This document shows positions 37,265-46,543 of a DNA stretch of 64,000 bases, in pieces (positions within the stretch are counted from its first letter, which is position 1; every line of letters starts with the position of its first letter). The translations under genes were made by a program, and so were the position numbers. The notes under the pieces were generated by a model. The model was not told where the DNA came from and searched no databases. It was given only the letters and a program-made list of their open reading frames with translations. Source of the DNA: a candidate division WWE3 bacterium RAAC2_WWE3_1 (GTDB lineage Bacteria; Patescibacteriota; WWE3; UBA101185; UBA10185); the NCBI GenBank assembly GCA_000503835.1, contig CP006914.1, positions 785,680 to 849,679 on the forward strand. The letters run 5' to 3'.

Positions 37265-37999
37265 ATGAGATTTATAAAATTCGTATTTCCTGCCGGTCTT
37301 GTTCTTCTCTATTTGTATCTATCATACGCCGGGTTTTATAACAATATGAAAGAAAAGAATTTACAAAGTGTGTTCAAAGGAAATTTAATGATATTCGATA
37401 ATCCCGACGCCGGTGGTTCGGTTAAGTACGTAGCTTTGGGGGACAGTCTGAGTGCCGGTGTCGGCAGTGAAAGCATGGAAGAAACTATTGTGTATCTTTT
37501 CGCGTCCGAACTTTCCAAAACATACGGAAAAGTGAACGCGGTCAACCTGGCTTTACCCGGCGGTACCACGGAGGATGTGATAAATGACCAACTGCCCTTC
37601 ACCATAAGTGAAAAACCTGATTATGTCACACTTTTGATCGGGGTAAATGACATTCATAACAAAAGAACCGAAAAGGATTTTAGAGAAAATTATTCGTTAA
37701 TCTTAAATGAGCTGGTATCAAAAACGGAAGCAAAGATCGTAGTCATAAATCTGCCTTACTTAGGAGCAGATAAAGCTATCCTTCCGCCTTACAGCTGGAT
37801 ACTAAACTCAAGGACACAAAAATTTAATAAGGTAATTTCCGAACTGGTGACCGGAAACGAAAGCCGTATCAGACTTGTAGATCTGTACGGCAAAACGTAT
37901 AAAATCTCTAAACAGGTCCCCGGATACTATTCTTCTGATTTGTTTCATCCGTCAGGTAAAGCGTATTTACTCTGGAGTCAATTTATAAATGAGAATTAA
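37265..37999 (+). CDS. SGNH/GDSL hydrolase.
   Basis: VALGDSLSAGVG block I. Confidence 0.7.
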   Translation: MRFIKFVFPAGLVLLYLYLSYAGFYNNMKEKNLQSVFKGNLMIFDNPDAGGSVKYVALGDSLSAGVGSESMEETIVYLFASELSKTYGKVNAVNLALPGGTTEDVINDQLPFTISEKPDYVTLLIGVNDIHNKRTEKDFRENYSLILNELVSKTEAKIVVINLPYLGADKAILPPYSWILNSRTQKFNKVISELVTGNESRIRLVDLYGKTYKISKQVPGYYSSDLFHPSGKAYLLWSQFINEN

Positions 38000-39086
38000 C
38001 ATCCCGGATCCGGTTTTTCAAACGACCCTATTTATTATAATTTTTGCCTTTTTTGTTGTGCTGTCCATAAGAAAGGACGCGAAACCACATGAATTGGATC
38101 ATGGTCACACCGATGAATTGAAAGGGCTGGCCATATTAATGGTGTTTTTTTCGCATATCGGATACTTTCTTTCCACGGACGACAGATTCTTATTTCCCCT
38201 ATCAATAGCGGCCGGTGTGGGAGTTAACATCTTTCTATTTTCGTCGGGGTTTGGGCTCACAAGCTCGGAGCTAAAAGTTAAAAAAACGTGGAAAGAATTT
38301 TATATGAAACGGTTGAAGACCATTTTCATTCCTATGTGGGTTGCGTTGCTTATCATCTTGGCCGCAGACTATTTTTTGCTTGGAAAGACTTACGAAATGC
38401 CGGTTATTATTAAGAGTTTCTTAGGATATTTTCCGGTTGCCGACATTTTCACTTCGATGAATTCCGCATTGTGGTATTTCACGTTCATTCTTTTTTACTA
38501 TCTTATGTTTCCAATCGTATTCCGTAGAAGTCAGCCATTGTTTTCGGCCTTAGTTATGCTTCTGCTGGGATATTTGGTGACCCAACTTGCTTTACCGGTA
38601 ACTAAGGATTTGTTAAAGCTTTATAAACTTCACATACTGTTATTTCCGCTGGGAATGGCTTTTGCCCGGTTAAACACGAAGAAGCCGGGGGTATGGTTTC
38701 AGGAATTTTTATTAAAAATGTTTCACAAACCTTTGTCGGCGTGGGTTGTCCGTTATCTTATCGTGGCCGGATTACTTTTTGTGTTTGGTTACACAGCGGT
38801 ACATTCGGGTGTGGGAAAGGGGATTATGGCGGAACAGCTGTCGAGTATCGTAACCATGCTGGTACTGATAGCCGCGTTTTTATTAAAGGACGTTCACTCT
38901 GAAGTGTTGACCATTCTGGGTAAATATTCTTACGAGATTTATTTACTGCACTGGCCGATTATGTACAGACACGATTTTATTTATAAATATGTTCCGGCTT
39001 CTTTTGGAACCTTACTTTACTTATTGTTATTTGTAGGAACCGGGTTTGTTTTGAACAGACTCACGCGGCGGATATTGGTCAAGTAA
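37989..39086 (+). CDS. Acyltransferase family 3 membrane protein (OatA-like).
   Basis: LKGLAILMVFFSHIGYF; about 10 TM segments. Confidence 0.7.
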   Translation: MRINIPDPVFQTTLFIIIFAFFVVLSIRKDAKPHELDHGHTDELKGLAILMVFFSHIGYFLSTDDRFLFPLSIAAGVGVNIFLFSSGFGLTSSELKVKKTWKEFYMKRLKTIFIPMWVALLIILAADYFLLGKTYEMPVIIKSFLGYFPVADIFTSMNSALWYFTFILFYYLMFPIVFRRSQPLFSALVMLLLGYLVTQLALPVTKDLLKLYKLHILLFPLGMAFARLNTKKPGVWFQEFLLKMFHKPLSAWVVRYLIVAGLLFVFGYTAVHSGVGKGIMAEQLSSIVTMLVLIAAFLLKDVHSEVLTILGKYSYEIYLLHWPIMYRHDFIYKYVPASFGTLLYLLLFVGTGFVLNRLTRRILVK

Positions 39087-39131
39087 GATTTATTGGACAT
39101 GACAAAATTCCTTATCCGGAACCTGCGGATA

Positions 39132-39320
39132 GCATCACAACACCTACCTTGATAGTTTGGGCACCGGCGATAAAGTGTTACCTCTGAGTATGAGAAAAGA
39201 GCTGAGCAAAAAAATAAAAGGCTGGCAATTCCTTGAAATTCCCGGAGGTCGCAATGCCCGCCAAGAATCATTGAAAGATTTTAACGCTTTGGTGATGGAG
39301 TTTATAAACCGCGACTAAGG
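39132..39320 (+). pseudogene. Remnant of the C-terminus of an alpha/beta-hydrolase gene.
   Basis: Translates to ...DSLGTGDKVLPLSMRKELSKKIKGWQFLEIPGGRNARQESLKDFNALVMEF, the typical C-terminal strand, helix and His region of an alpha/beta hydrolase. There is no upstream body. Coordinates are approximate. Confidence 0.35.
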
Positions 39321-39347
39321 AGCTGTGTTTCCAAACTCAGGTCCTTT

Positions 39348-40139
39348 TTAATTTATGCCGGTCAATTTAAGACTTTCGCCCGTGTCCGGTTTTGTTTCCA
39401 GAACCATTGCACCTACTTCCGAGCAGTAGTGTTTGAATTCTTTTGCGTCGGGTTCAAGGGGAGTCCAGTCATACATTTTTACGCAATCTTTGTAGGAACC
39501 GAGTGCAATCTGGATCGGTTCACCGACAGTGGAAACGTCCCTCATGTCCTCTGCCTTACCTTTGTAATATTCCTGTCTGTACGAATCCCCTACTACATGA
39601 GCAGCTTTTATCCAAATACCCGGTTGAGCCCCGTCAACTCCTGCAAGCCATGCCCCCTCGTGATCCAGCAGCCGGCCGTCCTCATAATTATTAACATCCT
39701 CGCCGAAATACCAGACGTTGCCGTAAATATCCTGAGCTAAATAATCTTTGGTCTCTTCCACAAGTTCGTCGTCGAGCCAAACTTTGTCTAGGTAAACCAA
39801 TGTTTTTACCCCCAATATTTCTTTTATGTCTCCGGAAATTGTTATTTCGACCCTCTCGAGGCCGTCCTCCGTATCCCCCTCGTATATCAGTTTTCTGCCA
39901 ACAGGAAGACTAAAATATTTATTATTAATATTTGTACTTGTTAAGAATAGGGAGGGATCGACATTTGCCGGGTCTACCTGTTTTGCACTTTGCTTTTCTG
40001 TTATTTTGTCGGAGACAGTTCGTGTGTCAGAAATTTCCACAGCGTCATTTTGGCTTTTAGCGTTTTTATTTAAATAAATTATGGATAGAACGAAAATTGC
40101 CAATACAGCTGTCAAAATCACCAGAAATCTGGTTCTCAT
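39348..40139 (-). CDS. Hypothetical secreted protein.
   Basis: N-terminal TM; no recognised motif. Confidence 0.3.
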   Translation of the reverse strand: MRTRFLVILTAVLAIFVLSIIYLNKNAKSQNDAVEISDTRTVSDKITEKQSAKQVDPANVDPSLFLTSTNINNKYFSLPVGRKLIYEGDTEDGLERVEITISGDIKEILGVKTLVYLDKVWLDDELVEETKDYLAQDIYGNVWYFGEDVNNYEDGRLLDHEGAWLAGVDGAQPGIWIKAAHVVGDSYRQEYYKGKAEDMRDVSTVGEPIQIALGSYKDCVKMYDWTPLEPDAKEFKHYCSEVGAMVLETKPDTGESLKLTGIN

Positions 40140-40192
40140 ATATAGACAATTATATATATAATGCTCGGATTGTCAATGTTGTGGGGTGTTAG

Positions 40193-40738
40193 ATGCGATA
40201 TAATATTTCGGATATGAGAAACACCGAGACAATAGAGAATCTACCTCAACTTTTTAATGATCCTGTGGAGTATCTGACCTGTTTTAGGGACAGTGCTTCG
40301 TACAGAAATAGTTATGCGAAGTTTTATGAAGGGAAAGAATTTTCACAGGAGGTGTCTGAAATTGACAAAAGGGATGTATTCGAAGGCGATGAGACTTGCA
40401 GAAAATCGCTGATAGAGTTTGCCAGGACACAGGACATGATATTGATGTATACCCCCGAGTATTACGGTGAGAGTTTTAAAGACAACATAAAAGATTATTT
40501 TTCACTTATAAAAGACTTTGCCAAGGGCAGGGTTTCGGGCGGGGAGGGTGTAGCGGCTTATGACCGGCTTCGCGGTTCTTATCACGACGCGGCCGCGCAG
40601 GAGTTGTCTGATTCCATGGGCATATCTCATAGGCTGGCTCGGGGGTTAATACAGGTAATGACGATTCATGAGGGGTTGGATACCTTCGATTCTGCCGGTC
40701 AGGACGAACGACGCAGAATGATGTCCATGCTTAGGTAA
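40193..40738 (+). CDS. Hypothetical protein.
   Basis: ORF only. Confidence 0.3.
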   Translation: MRYNISDMRNTETIENLPQLFNDPVEYLTCFRDSASYRNSYAKFYEGKEFSQEVSEIDKRDVFEGDETCRKSLIEFARTQDMILMYTPEYYGESFKDNIKDYFSLIKDFAKGRVSGGEGVAAYDRLRGSYHDAAAQELSDSMGISHRLARGLIQVMTIHEGLDTFDSAGQDERRRMMSMLR

Positions 40739-40850
40739 CAGCCTGATACTAATAGCTTGTTTGTACTAACAAGGTGGGTTTATCTAACGGTTTCTGTTTC
40801 CTCTGTATCTGACTGTTTTTATACTTATTTACATAAAGTAAAATAAGGGT

Positions 40851-41315
40851 ATGGATCACGTCGCAATACTACGCAAAGCAAAAATTACCAAAGGAGATAA
40901 CTTGCTGGGAGACATACTAGCCGGCACAAAAACAATTGAGTCAAGATGGTATGTTAATAAAATTAGTCCCTGGAACAAAATTAAAATAAATGATTTTGTT
41001 TACTTTAAAGAGTCGGGGTCTCCGGTTACCGCAGTTGCAAGAGTTTCAAAGGTAATACAATACGAGAACTTAGATAAAGATACCGTTAACCGGATTATCA
41101 AAGATTATGGTAAACAAATTGCACCTAACGCGTCCGAAAGCGAACTTCAATCTTGGGCCGCGAAAGAAATTAACAAAAGATATTGCATACTAATATTTCT
41201 AACCGGCGTTAAGAATGTTCCGGCGTTTGGCATAACCAAAAAGGGATACGGCATTTCATCCGCATGGCTATGTGTAGGGAATATTGAGAAGGTCAGATTG
41301 GCTTCCCACGACTAG
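40851..41315 (+). CDS. ASCH (PUA-like) domain protein.
   Basis: ILAGTKTIESRWY ASCH-like motif. Confidence 0.5.
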   Translation: MDHVAILRKAKITKGDNLLGDILAGTKTIESRWYVNKISPWNKIKINDFVYFKESGSPVTAVARVSKVIQYENLDKDTVNRIIKDYGKQIAPNASESELQSWAAKEINKRYCILIFLTGVKNVPAFGITKKGYGISSAWLCVGNIEKVRLASHD

Positions 41316-42301
41316 AGCTTGTAGTCAAGTCTTACGGGCAGTTCGTGTTTAGTGTGATTTTCACGATAATCGCTAATAAGCTTGTTGTATATCGGGGACA
41401 GTTCGGTTAACCTTTTCACACTTTTACCGACCAGTACTTTCGGATTTACTATTCTTATTTTCTTTGGAAATATGACGTCAGGATTTTTTCTGTCCTCGTA
41501 CACAATCATATGGTTATTATATTTTGCCAGCCATTTCTGTATTCGTTTGTTTTTTGAACGTTTAAGTTTATCTGTTAATTCAATATCGTCACTAAACCAG
41601 TCCTTTTCTTTCAACACTCTATTTCTGACTGCGTACTTAACTAAATTTCCGAAATCGTTATTGAAATGTGCTTCCGCAGGTGATCCATAATACATAAGAT
41701 TTAAGAGATAGAAGTTAAATGAGTATATAAATGCCGCTTCGGTGTCTGAAAATACAAATTCATTATTGTGCACTTTCAAACTTTTCAGAACCCGATCAAC
41801 TTGTTGTCTCGAGAGAATTTGTAAATGCAGACCATCCCTGAGAGCATAGTCTATTCTGTCAGCACAAATATCCGGCAGGTCATTTTCCAGTAAAGAATAC
41901 TTTTTATCATGCAAAAGCCGATCCGGGTCATATCCCAGTTTGATAAGTAATTTTGAAAGACCCGAGGATTCAATAAATTTATGTTGTTGTAACTCATGAA
42001 ATTCAGTACCGGTGTATTTTTCTTGAAATGCGTAAGTAGACACGTGCGATAAAGCCGTATGTGAAACGTCGTGGATCAGTCCGGCAACCTGTTCTTCTTT
42101 TGATGCCCCAAAGTTCTTTAAAAGTAAATAAACACCGATACTATGGTCATAGCGTGTTGCGTTTCTCTTTAGTTCAAAAAGGTACCCATATGTGGATATC
42201 CAGATATTTTTTATTCTCTGCAAGGCCGGATGTTTGATTATTTTGGTGATATCTTTGTCCTGAAGATTTGTATTTCCCCATACCGCATCATATATTTTCA
42301 T
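41312..42301 (-). CDS. HD-domain phosphohydrolase with a dNTP-triphosphohydrolase-like motif.
   Basis: RYDHSIGVY...GLIHDVSHTALSH and ADRIDYALRD. Confidence 0.6.
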   Translation of the reverse strand: MKIYDAVWGNTNLQDKDITKIIKHPALQRIKNIWISTYGYLFELKRNATRYDHSIGVYLLLKNFGASKEEQVAGLIHDVSHTALSHVSTYAFQEKYTGTEFHELQQHKFIESSGLSKLLIKLGYDPDRLLHDKKYSLLENDLPDICADRIDYALRDGLHLQILSRQQVDRVLKSLKVHNNEFVFSDTEAAFIYSFNFYLLNLMYYGSPAEAHFNNDFGNLVKYAVRNRVLKEKDWFSDDIELTDKLKRSKNKRIQKWLAKYNNHMIVYEDRKNPDVIFPKKIRIVNPKVLVGKSVKRLTELSPIYNKLISDYRENHTKHELPVRLDYKL

Positions 42302-42393
42302 GCGCTGATTGTACCAAAAGTGTCCTATCCTGTAAGCGGTCTCTCCGGGTTATGTGAATTGGCCGTTGTATTTAGCCGGGACTTTTGTAGAAA

Positions 42394-42834
42394 GTGCGTG
42401 TGGGGTATTATAGTAAACATATGCGAATAGGAGTTGTTGGTAGTATGCAATATACAGAAAGAATGCTGGAACTTAGAGATGAGTTAAGAAATCTGGGGCA
42501 TGAGGCCTATATAACAACACTATCACAACCTTTTGTTGGTAAAACTGATGAGGAAAAGGAAGTTATAAAGCTCCACCAGAAAAATAATATGGACGCAATC
42601 AGGGAGTTCTGGAACTTAATGCAGGGTGGGGATGCAATTTTAGTAGCTAACTACGATAAAAATGGAATAGAAAACTATATAGGCGGGAATACTCTTATGG
42701 AGATTGGCTTTGCCCATGTATTGAATCAGAAAGTTTACTTATTAAACCCGGTTCCGGAAATTAAGTTTTACAAGACAGAAATTGAAGCGGTAAAACCGGT
42801 TATTCTGCACGGTGATTTAACTTTAATCCGGTAA
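42394..42834 (+). CDS. Nucleoside 2-deoxyribosyltransferase-like (SLOG-fold) protein.
   Basis: MRIGVVGSM...DAILVANYD...GGNTLMEIGFAHVLNQKVY. Confidence 0.45.
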   Translation: MRVGYYSKHMRIGVVGSMQYTERMLELRDELRNLGHEAYITTLSQPFVGKTDEEKEVIKLHQKNNMDAIREFWNLMQGGDAILVANYDKNGIENYIGGNTLMEIGFAHVLNQKVYLLNPVPEIKFYKTEIEAVKPVILHGDLTLIR

Positions 42835-43058
42835 ATTATTGGCTAGGCACGTCGGTCAGGAACTATTTTACAATAAATTTAATTATCGAAAAGTTGACTA
42901 CATACTTCTTCTGTATGTGTTAGATTACAATTAAGGAATGCCTCGTAGTGGTGTTAAATAGATTTGTCTAGAAGTAAAAACTAAATTATCACATACAGTA
43001 GCGTGAGAGAAAGGTCCTGTTGTCGGAGGGAGGCGCGGGAGTTAGTTATTAATAAAAT

Positions 43059-43086
43059 AAAAGGCACATTTTGTGGTGTGCCTTTT
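43059..43086 (-). terminator. Rho-independent terminator for the gene at 43110-43508.
   Basis: AAAAGGCACA, 8-nt loop, TGTGCCTTTT. On the minus strand it is followed by TTTTATTTTATT. Confidence 0.5.
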
Positions 43087-43109
43087 GGTGTAATACCCAA
43101 AATTCAATA

Positions 43110-43508
43110 CTACGTTGCTGTGAATACAATGTTTCCGACTGTTGCTTCAATCTTCAGCTTACTGAAGCCTCGTTCAAGAAAGATCAGCACCCTATTTTTA
43201 ACAACACCGGCAACGGTCTCAGGGGTGGCTCCAACGTAGTACCGTACCTTGTCACCTTCAAGCCGGATAAATGCGCATCTGTTATCTCCTTCAATTACCA
43301 GACGGGCTAATCCGCACTCTTTTTCCAACACAAAAATACTTATATCGTAGTATTTCCGTGGGTCACACCCCACTTTTTTAAGAAATACTGATATTGCATT
43401 TTTGTTGTCTGGGTTGGGTTGAACTATTACCGCTTCTAACTCTTTGTCACCTTTCCCAGCTTCGATATCAACATCAAAAATAGATTTGATTTTCTTAGTC
43501 TCTCCCAC
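43110..43508 (-). CDS. Hypothetical protein.
   Basis: ORF with a terminator just downstream. Confidence 0.3.
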   Translation of the reverse strand: MGETKKIKSIFDVDIEAGKGDKELEAVIVQPNPDNKNAISVFLKKVGCDPRKYYDISIFVLEKECGLARLVIEGDNRCAFIRLEGDKVRYYVGATPETVAGVVKNRVLIFLERGFSKLKIEATVGNIVFTAT

Positions 43509-43699
43509 AGCATTCTCCTTTTCTTATTATTTATGCGGATAGTACTACAAGGCAGGTAGAATGTAAAATTTAGTATGATTATTTAGTTGTTACGACAACA
43601 AAAACTCTTTTTTGGCTGAGTACTAGGGTTTAGAACCAACATATTATTCTCACTATAACAAAAATACCCGGTCTTATTGTGTAGTGCTAGAATAACTTT

Positions 43700-44515
43700 A
43701 TGTATACTCCTGAGGATCGTGAAAATGTACTAAATAAACTATCCATTTTATTTCCTCAAGTACCGAATGTTGAAGGTGTCATTTTAGTAGGATCTGGTGC
43801 AAAAGGATTCTTTGATGAGTACTCGGACGTTGATTTGTCTGTGGTTGTAGAGCCTGCCGAGGAAACAAACAAAACATGGAGCCAAATAAATAATGTCATA
43901 AAAAATAATTTTGATGTATTTCATTATTCTCTAACTCAGTACGGGGATAACAACTACTTAACATTGTTTATACTCACAAATTATTTGCAGATTGATGTGG
44001 GAGTCATAGCACTGGATAACCTTATAGCTAAAAGACCGTTGTGGAATATCTTATATGATAAGAACAGCAGAGTTCTTGAGAAAATGAAAGCTACAGAAAA
44101 GCTTAAACAACAGAAACCTATTTCAGATGTGTCAAATGAAACAACCGAAAACTTACATTATCATACCCAAAACGCTGCGTTTGCCATTAAAAGAAATCGT
44201 GTATTTAGAGCAGCGAAAGAAATAGAGGAAATCAGAGAACTTACGATAAAACTTTTTGGTATTTATAACAATCTTGAGACTAAACATCATAGAGAAGTTG
44301 ATGACTTTGATGACTCGTTTAAGAAAAAATTAATTGCTGCTGTACCAGAGAAATTAACTATCGATATGTTAAGCCAATCTTTAGTAAAAAATATCGATAT
44401 GTATTTTGAGGTGATCAAAATGGTTTCGGACACCGATGGTTGGAATAAGGACGAAATGTTTATAAAGAAATTTATTAATGAAGTACTGTTATTAAACCCC
44501 GAATTTAGGTTATAA
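43700..44515 (+). CDS. Pol-beta-superfamily nucleotidyltransferase with a C-terminal helical domain.
   Basis: GSGAKGFFDEYSDVDLSVVV is the G-S...D-x-D NTase motif. Confidence 0.5.
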   Translation: MYTPEDRENVLNKLSILFPQVPNVEGVILVGSGAKGFFDEYSDVDLSVVVEPAEETNKTWSQINNVIKNNFDVFHYSLTQYGDNNYLTLFILTNYLQIDVGVIALDNLIAKRPLWNILYDKNSRVLEKMKATEKLKQQKPISDVSNETTENLHYHTQNAAFAIKRNRVFRAAKEIEEIRELTIKLFGIYNNLETKHHREVDDFDDSFKKKLIAAVPEKLTIDMLSQSLVKNIDMYFEVIKMVSDTDGWNKDEMFIKKFINEVLLLNPEFRL

Positions 44516-44773
44516 AATTTTTAGCGTTCGTCAAACAGAGTTGGTAGTTCGGATACTTATTTCCAGAAGTTAGCTTTAGCAGGAAATTAAAAAGTATTTA
44601 ACACTTCGTTGTCACTTGCGTGTCGATGTTGGCTGGCGAACTTGACCGTAGGTGGAACCAAATCCTCCCTAGTTTACTCAAGACCTACGAAAAGCTCAAG
44701 AACCTTGGGTTTACCTACGAAAACGGCACTGTCTCTATAAAACCCCTGAAATTTAATTGGAAAGGAGAGGTTT

Positions 44774-45271
44774 ATGAATGACCTTATAGTTTCTTGTGCC
44801 AAAAAATGGCTCCACCTATCACCGGATCTGGTCCAATCCCGGCTATATAACGAGGCGGATTTCTACAAACAGTTCATAGCGGATCTGAAGCGCTGTAAGC
44901 GGGAAGTCATTATCGAAAGCCCGTTCATATCCTCCAACAGGATGTATTCGCTCATACGGCCATTCGAAGACCTGATTAACCGGAAAATCAAGGCCTATGT
45001 CATTACCCGCCATCCGGATGAACATGATTTGACCATGAAGCAGCAAGCTGAAGAGGCAATCAGGCGTTTTGAGACTATCGGCGTACAAGTACTGCTCACC
45101 CTCGATTACCACCACCGGAAATTAGCCATTTTAGACAGATCGATCTTATGGGAAGGAAGTCTAAACATCCTTTCCCAAACGTGCAGCCGGGAAATCATGC
45201 GACGCATCAGCAGCACAAGCTTATCTGAAGAAATGTTTGACTATCTCAAATTAGAGAGGTTTATCTATTAG
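44774..45271 (+). CDS. Phospholipase D-like (single HKD) nuclease-family protein.
   Basis: HHRKLAILDRSILWEGSLNI is an H-x-K-x4-D motif. Confidence 0.6.
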   Translation: MNDLIVSCAKKWLHLSPDLVQSRLYNEADFYKQFIADLKRCKREVIIESPFISSNRMYSLIRPFEDLINRKIKAYVITRHPDEHDLTMKQQAEEAIRRFETIGVQVLLTLDYHHRKLAILDRSILWEGSLNILSQTCSREIMRRISSTSLSEEMFDYLKLERFIY

Positions 45272-45298
45272 TATAGATTTTGAGGTATAATTATCTCT

Positions 45299-45520
45299 AT
45301 GAGTACAAAAACCAAAAAATATCAGATCAACGAAAAAGATATCGACACTGTCTTAAATATCCTTAAGCGTACAGATCCGAAGCATGCCACACCAGAAATG
45401 GCTATCGATATCCTCGAGCATTTGCAAGCTACTTTTCATACCATGAGACATTATGATCCTGAAACTTTAGTTAAACTCTATGAAGAGCTAAAAAAGCAAA
45501 AGCAATTGAGTAGAAATTAA
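45299..45520 (+). CDS. Small hypothetical protein (73 aa), translationally coupled to the M23 gene.
   Basis: TAATG overlap with the next gene. Confidence 0.35.
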   Translation: MSTKTKKYQINEKDIDTVLNILKRTDPKHATPEMAIDILEHLQATFHTMRHYDPETLVKLYEELKKQKQLSRN

Positions 45521-46119
45521 TGGAATACAAGACCAAAACAAATTTAATTCTTCCGTTTCATGATAAATTAATGGTAAGTAATGGTGGTAGGTCCGCCGAA
45601 ACTAACAATCATTTCCGACCTGCAGGCTCGGGACCTCAGAACCAACTTTATGCCTACGACTTTCGCTCAGAAACGACTGGCAAGGAGACAAAACTTGAAG
45701 ATTTTACTGTATTTGGGATAGATGTTATCGCACCAGGAGAAGGTGAAGTTATACAAGTTGTGAATGGATCATTTGATTGCGAACCAGGACAATTTGATCG
45801 GAGTATAGGCGTAGGTAATATGGTTATCATTGACCATATGAACGGAGAATATAGCTTGTTGTGCCATTTTAAGCATGATTCTATCGTTGTAAAAGTAGGC
45901 GATATTGTAAAACAGGGGCAGAAACTTGGCCGGTGTGGAAACACCGGAAATACCAACCAGCCACATATACATTTCAATCTTCAAGACGGAGTGATGAGCT
46001 ATAGCGCGAGGGCATTGCCAGCTCAATTTGCCAAAATTTTAGTTAATGATGTGGAAAGAACTAATTACGAGCCTGTTCGATTCGAAAAGGTCACCAATAT
46101 TAAGCAAACAACACCTTAA
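45520..46119 (+). CDS. M23 family metallopeptidase (canonical motif order), with no signal peptide.
   Basis: VIIDHMNGEYSLLCHF...GNTGNTNQPHIHF. Confidence 0.7.
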   Translation: MEYKTKTNLILPFHDKLMVSNGGRSAETNNHFRPAGSGPQNQLYAYDFRSETTGKETKLEDFTVFGIDVIAPGEGEVIQVVNGSFDCEPGQFDRSIGVGNMVIIDHMNGEYSLLCHFKHDSIVVKVGDIVKQGQKLGRCGNTGNTNQPHIHFNLQDGVMSYSARALPAQFAKILVNDVERTNYEPVRFEKVTNIKQTTP

Positions 46120-46340
46120 AACGTCAGTACTTCCGATGATTTCACCTTGAGAGCAGTAAGGATTTTCTTCAAAGTCACTACAGTTGGAATCGCTTCACCT
46201 CGCTCAACCCTGGCGTAATAGTTACTATTCAAACCAGCCTTATCCGCGACATCCACCTGTTTCATGCCCTTCTTAAGCCTGATTTTCCGGAGTTTTGAGG
46301 CAATTTCTTGAACTGACTTGTTATCTTGATCAGAGCGCAT
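46116..46340 (-). CDS. XRE-family HTH transcriptional regulator.
   Basis: LRKIRLKKGMKQVDVADKAGLNSNYYARVERGEAIPTVVTLKKI. Confidence 0.75.
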   Translation of the reverse strand: MRSDQDNKSVQEIASKLRKIRLKKGMKQVDVADKAGLNSNYYARVERGEAIPTVVTLKKILTALKVKSSEVLTF

Positions 46341-46344
46341 ATAA

Positions 46345-46359
46345 GGTTAGTATACTACC
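46345..46359. promoter_or_regulatory. Near-palindromic operator candidate 5 nt upstream of the XRE start.
   Basis: GGTTAGTATACTACC; the core AGTATACT is perfectly palindromic. Confidence 0.3.
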
Positions 46360-46543
46360 AGATTGATTTATTTGATCATATTATTGTTCCTGAAATTGTT
46401 TTGCAGAAAACGTGGTCTCTGCGGTGCCATGTTTTGTAAAGCAGGCCAATATGAGTCAAAAAGCCGAAAACTGATTTGGCTGGAGCATTAATAAAAGTTT
46501 CTTCTTTTAGTGTATACATATTCTTATTTTCTCTTATCGGACA

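Noticed and set aside
39017-39740. ORFs 39017..39271 (-), 39429..39740 (+) and 39443..39694 (+).
   Set aside because: They overlap either the hydrolase remnant or the 263-aa minus-strand gene. They show no motifs and are likely spurious. My codon-by-codon reading of the plus frame could not be fully reconciled with the ORF track, so the remnant coordinates are approximate.
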